Assembly: GCA_944385995.1 (NCBI GenBank)
Contig: CALWZL010000001.1
Location: 46,382 to 110,381 of the forward strand
Direction: 5' to 3'
DNA: 64,000 nucleotides
Origin: an uncultured Faecalibacterium sp.
GTDB taxonomy: Bacteria > Bacillota > Clostridia > Oscillospirales > Ruminococcaceae
Numbering within the stretch: the stretch's first letter is position 1; each line of letters starts with the position of its first letter. This document shows, piece after piece, positions 57,691 through 64,000 of the stretch. The position numbers were made by a program, and so were the translations under genes. The notes below the pieces were generated by a model, which worked only from the letters and a program-made list of their open reading frames with translations, did not search any database and was not told the DNA's origin.

Positions 57691-58920
57691 ATGAAATGCA
57701 AACGGTTTGTAGCCCTGGCTGCGGCAGCCGCTCTCAGCGTTTCCACGCTGGCCGGCTGCTCGTCGTCGTCCACGGCCGCCAGCAGCTCCACAGCTGCGGC
57801 AGGCAGCACCGCCAGCGCCGCTTCGGGGGACAAGGTGGTCAAGATCGGCGTCTTTGAGCCCTCCACCGGTGACTCGGCTTCGGGCGGCAAGAAGGAAATG
57901 CTGGGCATGCAGTACGCCAACGCCGAGACCCCCACCGTCGAGATCGGCGGCGAGACCTATCAGGTGGAACTGGTGTACGCTGACAACGGCTCCTCCACCG
58001 ACAAGGCTCCCTCGGCTGCTGCCGAGCTGGTGAGCCAGGGCGTCTCCCTGGTGCTGGGCTCCTATGGTTCGGGCGTGTCCATTGCAGGCGGCCCCGTCTT
58101 TGACGACGCCGGCCTGGCTGCCATCGGCGTCACCTGCACCAACCCCAACGTCACCGCCGGCAACGACTATTACTACCGCATCTGCTTCCTGGACCCCTTC
58201 CAGGGCACCGTTCTGGCCAACTTCGCCAAGGATAAGTTCGACGCCAAAGTCGCCTACTGCCTGGGCGAGACCGGCAACGAGTACGACCAGGGCCTGATTG
58301 CCTACTTCACCCAGGCCTTTGAGGCGGCCGGCGGCACCGTCGTCACCGCTTCCTTCCCCACCAACAACTCCGACTTCAGCACCTACCTGAACCAGGCCAA
58401 GAACGAGGGCGCTGATGTCATCTTCACCCCGGTGTCCATCGCTTACGCCACCCAGATCATCCAGCAGGCCGCTGCCCTGGACATTGACGCTGCATTCCTG
58501 GGCTCCGATACCCTGGACGACAACATGGTTCTGGCAGCCGCTGAAGGCACCGATGTTCAGCTGTATGTCTCCACCTTCTACCAGGAGGGCGGCTCGCCTG
58601 ACTTCGATGAAGGCGTCAAGGCTTACATCAACGAGAACCCCGAGGCCCTGACCAACAACGGCGGCAACGACACCATCGCAGCCGTCACTGCCATGGGCTA
58701 TGATGCCTACTATGTGGCTCTGGAAGCTCTGAAGGCTGCCGGCTCCACCGATCCTGCTGCTGTCAAGGCTGCTCTGGCTGGTGTGACCTACGACGGTGTG
58801 TCCGGCCACATCGCCTTTGATGAGCAGGGCGACGCCATCCGCGACACCGCTTACATCAAGCACTCCACCAACGACGGCGCTTGGGAACTGGAAACCCAGC
58901 AGACCGTTGCTGAGCAGTAA
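57691..58920 (+). CDS. livK: Branched-chain amino acid ABC transporter substrate-binding lipoprotein (second operon)
   Basis: LAGC lipobox; KIGVFEP.TG, GSYGSG, RICFLDPFQG, MGYDAY. Confidence 0.9.
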   Translation: MKCKRFVALAAAAALSVSTLAGCSSSSTAASSSTAAAGSTASAASGDKVVKIGVFEPSTGDSASGGKKEMLGMQYANAETPTVEIGGETYQVELVYADNGSSTDKAPSAAAELVSQGVSLVLGSYGSGVSIAGGPVFDDAGLAAIGVTCTNPNVTAGNDYYYRICFLDPFQGTVLANFAKDKFDAKVAYCLGETGNEYDQGLIAYFTQAFEAAGGTVVTASFPTNNSDFSTYLNQAKNEGADVIFTPVSIAYATQIIQQAAALDIDAAFLGSDTLDDNMVLAAAEGTDVQLYVSTFYQEGGSPDFDEGVKAYINENPEALTNNGGNDTIAAVTAMGYDAYYVALEALKAAGSTDPAAVKAALAGVTYDGVSGHIAFDEQGDAIRDTAYIKHSTNDGAWELETQQTVAEQ

Positions 58921-59005
58921 CAAACGATCGATTGAAGGTTTGGCGGGGGCCGCTGGCCCCCGCCAAACCATTTGTTGAAACCTGCCCGAAGCGAAGGGAG
59001 ACTGT

Positions 59006-59881
59006 ATGGAATACTTTATTTCGGTCCTGCTGTCCGGCATTGCAGTGGGCGGCCAGTATGCCCTGATCGCCATCGGCTATACGATGGTCTACGGCATTCT
59101 GCGTCTGATTAACTTTGCCCACGGCGACGTGTTCATGGTGGCCGGCCTGATGGGGGTCTATATCTCCACCTGGATGCCCCTCTACGCCGCTTTGCCTCTG
59201 GTGCTGCTGCTGACGGTGGCCCTGGGCTTTCTGATCGAGCGGGTGGCCTATAAGCCGCTCCGCTCGGCGCCCCGCATGTCGGTCATGATTTCGGCCATCG
59301 GCGTCAGCTATCTGCTGCAAAACACCGCCACCTATGTCACCGGCGGCCAGCCCATGAGCTACCCCACCATCCCGTTCCTGTCCGATACCATCACCATCGC
59401 CGGCACGCCCACCCGCTGGGCAGTCATCCTGACCCCCTTCCTGGTGGTGGCCCTGGTGGTGCTGCTGACCCAGCTGATCGACCGCACCAAGGTCGGCATG
59501 GCCATGCGGGCCGTTGCCAAGGACTTTGAGACCAGCCAGCTGATGGGCATCAAGATCAACTCGGTGATTTCGGCCACCTTCATCATCGGCTCGGCCCTGG
59601 CTGCTGTGGGCTCGATGCTCTACTTCACCAACTATCCCGCCATCACCCCCACCGCCGGCGCCATGCCCGGCCTGAAGGCTTTCGTGGCGGCAGTGTTTGG
59701 CGGCATCGGCTCGATTCCCGGCGCGGTGATCGGCGCTTTCATCATCGGGATCTGTGAGAACCTGGTCAAGAGCACCCAGTTCACCGTCTTTTCGGACGCC
59801 ATCACCTTCGCCCTGCTCATCGTGATCCTCGTCTTTAAGCCGACCGGTCTGTTCGGCGAAAAGGCGACCGACAAAGTGTAA
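59006..59881 (+). CDS. livH: Branched-chain amino acid ABC transporter permease
   Basis: YALIAIGYTMVYGILRLINFAHG, KAFVAAVFGGIG. Confidence 0.94.
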   Translation: MEYFISVLLSGIAVGGQYALIAIGYTMVYGILRLINFAHGDVFMVAGLMGVYISTWMPLYAALPLVLLLTVALGFLIERVAYKPLRSAPRMSVMISAIGVSYLLQNTATYVTGGQPMSYPTIPFLSDTITIAGTPTRWAVILTPFLVVALVVLLTQLIDRTKVGMAMRAVAKDFETSQLMGIKINSVISATFIIGSALAAVGSMLYFTNYPAITPTAGAMPGLKAFVAAVFGGIGSIPGAVIGAFIIGICENLVKSTQFTVFSDAITFALLIVILVFKPTGLFGEKATDKV

Positions 59882-59893
59882 GGAGGCCCCCGC

Positions 59894-61284
59894 ATGAACA
59901 AAAAGAAAAGCGTCAGCTGGGGCGCCCTGGCGGGAATTGTGGTCTTTCTGGCCTTCATCATCCTGCTGGAAAACATCACCGCCCTGATTCCCAATGCACC
60001 GCGGGTCCTGCTGCCCACAAGCCAGCTGTTCACCGTCCTGAAAAAGGGCGCTGTCTACTCCCTGGTGGTGGTCTCCATGAACCTTCTGAACGGCTTCACC
60101 GGCCTGTTCTCTCTGGGCCAGGCAGGCTTTATGCTGCTGGGCGCCTATACCTACGCCATCCTCACCGTCCCTGTGGACCAGAAGGATACCGTCTACTATC
60201 TGTTCGGCGGCTCTGCCGTCAAATTCTCCCTCCAGGATACCTTCGGCCTGCTGTTCGGCACCTCCGGCGTCGGCGGGGCCGTCAGCATGGTGCTGGGCGT
60301 CCTGGTGGCCCTGGTTCTGGCCGGCCTGGTGGCCGCCGGCTTTGCCTACCTGATCGGCCTGCCGGTTCTCCGCCTCAAGAGCGACTATCTGGCCATTGCC
60401 ACCCTGGGTTTTGCCGAAATTCTCCGGGCTGTCTTTCAGTGGCAGCCCCTGGGCCCCATCACCAACGGCGCCAACATGCTCAAGAGCTTCCCCACCTTCT
60501 CCGACTTCAACATCGAGAACGCTTCGGGCCAGACCGTTCTGCGTCTGTCGGCCTTTGTTCCCATGCTGATTGCGGTGGTCTGCATCGCCATCATTGTTCT
60601 GCTCATCAATTCCTCCTATGGCCGGGCTTTCAAGGCCATCCGGGAAGATGAGATTGCCGCCGAGGCCATGGGCATCAACCTGGCCAAGCACAAGATGCTC
60701 TCCTTCTGCATTTCCTCCTTCTTCGCCGGTGTGGGCGGCGGCCTGTTCGCCATGTACGCTGCCAACGCCCAGGCCAAGGTCTTTACCTCTACCATGACCT
60801 ATGAACTGCTCCTGATCGTGGTCATCGGCGGCATCGGCTCGGTGTCCGGCTCCATCATGGCTACCTTCCTCTATGTGGCCTGCTCCGAGTGGTGGCTCCG
60901 GTTCCTGGATTCGGAACTGGTGTTTGCCTCTCCCACCGATCCCGGCCGTCTGGCTTTTATCGCGGTGTTTGCCATCGTGGTGATTGCGGCCGCCTTCCTG
61001 GCCATCCGGGCCATCCGCAAAAAGGAGGGGCACACCCTCACCCAGGAACTTCCGGTCTGGATTGTGGCCTTCCTGCTGCTGGGCTGGCTGGTCTACTTTG
61101 TGATCTCCCGGTCCCTCAAGCTGCCCCTGCTCCGCAACGGCTTCCGAATGGTGGTATTCTCGGTCATCATCATGATCGTGGTGCTGTTCTTCCGCCGCGG
61201 CATTATGGGCGACCGGGAACTTCCCGATCTGCTGCGCAGCCGCAAAACATCCAGCCCCAAACATGCTGAAAAGGAGGCGTCGAA

Positions 61285-61288
<4 letters not shown>
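59894..61288 (+). CDS. livM: Branched-chain amino acid ABC transporter permease (enlarged)
   Basis: GLFSLGQAGF, LRLKSDYLAIATLGF, AIREDEIAA. Confidence 0.92.
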
Positions 61289-62125
<837 letters not shown>

Positions 62126-62139
<14 letters not shown>

Positions 62140-62833
62140 TGATCTGTGTGTGAGTTACGGCGGCATCGAGGCCGTCAAAGGCATTTCCTTCAAGGTGGAG
62201 GAGGGCCAGATTGTGACCCTGATCGGCGCCAACGGCGCCGGCAAATCCACCACCCTGCGGGCCCTGGCCGGCCTGGTGAAGGTAAAAAGCGGCCGGGTCC
62301 ACTTCCAGGGAGAGGACCTGACGGGCCTTCCGCCGGACCGGATTGTCTCCAAGGGGCTGACCCTGGTGCCGGAAGGCCGCCATGTGTTCCCCGACCTGAC
62401 CGTCCTGGAAAACCTGAAAATCGGCGCATACCTCCGCCGGGACAGCCTGGAAAGCGACCTGGCCTGGATTTATGAGCTGTTCCCCCGGCTGAAAGAGCGG
62501 TCCTGGCAGGCCGCCGGCACCCTGTCGGGCGGCGAACAGCAGATGCTGGCGGTGGGCCGCGCCCTGATGGCCCGTCCCAAGCTGATTATGATGGACGAGC
62601 CTTCCCTGGGCCTGGCGCCCATCGTGGTCAAGGGCATCTTCGACATCATCAAGGAGATCAACCGCAAGGGCGTCACCGTCCTGCTGATTGAGCAGAACGC
62701 CAATATGGCCCTCCAGATCGCCGACGTGGGCTATGTGATGGAGACCGGCCGGATCACCCTCAGCGGTACCGGCAAGGAACTGCTGGCCAATGAGGCCGTC
62801 CGCAAGGCCTACCTGGGCAACCACGCAAAATAA
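62126..62833 (+). CDS. livF: Branched-chain amino acid ABC transporter ATP-binding protein
   Basis: GANGAGKS, VPEGRHVF, LSGGEQQML. Confidence 0.95.
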
Positions 62834-62852
62834 GCATCCCTGCAAGAAACAC

Positions 62853-62886
62853 CAAAGCCCGCCGCGATGACTCGCGGCGGGCTTTG
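62853..62886 (+). terminator. Intrinsic terminator after the second liv operon
   Basis: caaagcccgccgcga-tgac-tcgcggcgggctttg. Confidence 0.78.
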
Positions 62887-63133
62887 TGCTGTCCGGGGGA
62901 GCAGAAACCCGGGCAAAAGCGAATGGTGCAAAATGAAACAGAAAAAACGGAGAAAAACAAGAAAAAACAAAAATACGGTCGAAAAAACAGGGAAAGAGGG
63001 GAGAGGCAGCCCCGCCGGCGAGGATCAGAGGGCCGAAGAAAAAGAGGAAACATCTGACAAAGCCGGGTCAAAGGGCCGGGAAAAGCCCCCGTCCGAAGGG
63101 ATCGGGGGCTTGAGAAGTGGTAAAAGGCCTGGG

Positions 63134-63874
63134 TCACTGGTCGCGGAAACGGGAGAGGAACTCGATGGTCTTGGGATTGCGGGGGTTCTCAAAGATGTCC
63201 TTGGGGGTGCCCTCTTCAGCGATGACGCCGTCAGCCATGTACACCACATGGCTGGAAACATCCCGCGCAAAGGCCATCTCGTGGGTGACCACAATCATGG
63301 TCAGACCGTCGGCCGCCAGTTTCCGCATGACGGCCAGCACTTCGCCCACCATCTGGGGGTCCAGGGCGCTGGTGGGCTCGTCAAAGAGGAGCACTTCCGG
63401 CTGCATGGACAGGGCCCGGGCAATGGCGACACGCTGTTTCTGGCCGCCGGACAGCTGCCGGGGCCGGGCGTTGATGTAGGGGGCCATGCCCACCTTTTCC
63501 AGGTTGGCGAGGGCGGTCTGACGGGCGGTCTCCTTGTCCTGGTGGAGGACGTACCGGAGACCGGCGGTGCAGTTGTCCAGAACGGTCATGTTGTTGAAGA
63601 GGTTGAAGCTCTGGAATACCATGCCCACCCGGGCGCGGTAGGCCGACGGATCAAACTTTTTGGACATGATGTCCTCACCGTGGAACAAAATCGAGCCGCT
63701 GGTGGGGGTTTCCAGCAGATTGATGCAGCGCAGCAGGGTGGATTTGCCGCTGCCGGAAGCGCCGATCACACAGGTGACATCCCCGGGGCTCACCGTGAAA
63801 TCCACGTCCCGCAGGACCACATGGGTGCCGAAGCTCTTGGACAGGTGGCGGACCTCAATGATGGGCTCAGACAT
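63134..63874 (-). CDS. Polar amino acid ABC transporter ATP-binding protein (GlnQ-like)
   Basis: [38 protein letters not shown]. Confidence 0.95.
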   Translation of the reverse strand: MSEPIIEVRHLSKSFGTHVVLRDVDFTVSPGDVTCVIGASGSGKSTLLRCINLLETPTSGSILFHGEDIMSKKFDPSAYRARVGMVFQSFNLFNNMTVLDNCTAGLRYVLHQDKETARQTALANLEKVGMAPYINARPRQLSGGQKQRVAIARALSMQPEVLLFDEPTSALDPQMVGEVLAVMRKLAADGLTMIVVTHEMAFARDVSSHVVYMADGVIAEEGTPKDIFENPRNPKTIEFLSRFRDQ

Positions 63875-64000
63875 GGCTTGCACCCTCCTTCATATCGAGA
63901 TTCTGGGATTCGTGGTTGGGGTCGGGAGCATTGTACATCCCGCTGGTGTAGGCCAGGGTGTCGGTGGTGTTCAGGTCGTAGTTCTGGGGGCCGTCCAGTT
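63867..64000 (-). CDS. 3' end of a probable amino acid ABC permease (partial)
   Basis: Open frame LDGPQNYDL…EGASHV* overlapping the ATPase start; the product is inferred from operon context only. Confidence 0.6.
   Translation of the reverse strand, partial: LDGPQNYDLNTTDTLAYTSGMYNAPDPNHESQNLDMKEGASHV

Noticed and set aside
62920-63060. A-rich quasi-repeat between convergent terminators
   Set aside because: Low-complexity spacer with no consistent unit or ORF

Overview
GC-rich chromosomal window of an anaerobic Firmicute (gene content and protein style suggest a gut Oscillospiraceae/Ruminococcaceae member of the Faecalibacterium/Subdoligranulum/Gemmiger type; inference). It is mostly housekeeping: the 3' part of the his operon (hisC-B-H-A-F-IE-K), T-box-controlled trpS, tRNA-Lys(UUU), rny, glucokinase, lepA-alr-ttcA-like, rplM-rpsI, a choloylglycine hydrolase, two complete liv-type ABC operons, two MATE pumps, argF, a divergent EF-G paralogue, greA-lysS and a rubredoxin/ferredoxin pair. 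I found no integrase, transposase, prophage or CRISPR array. The most interesting signals are non-coding. (1) A ~115-nt element occurs twice (14428-14540 +, 32254-32369 -) and its two copies differ by compensatory base-pair changes, including a possible pseudoknot. (2) Four paralogous lipoprotein genes (7468-10519) are interleaved with two promoter-to-terminator, ORF-free units (candidate paralogous sRNAs) and five copies of one palindrome. (3) A ~270-nt multi-hairpin region rich in G-U pairs lies upstream of a MATE gene. (4) The rny leader is long and has mutually exclusive pairings. (5) The dCMP deaminase gene may use a split ribosome-binding site. All alignments and folds were done by eye and need computational confirmation.
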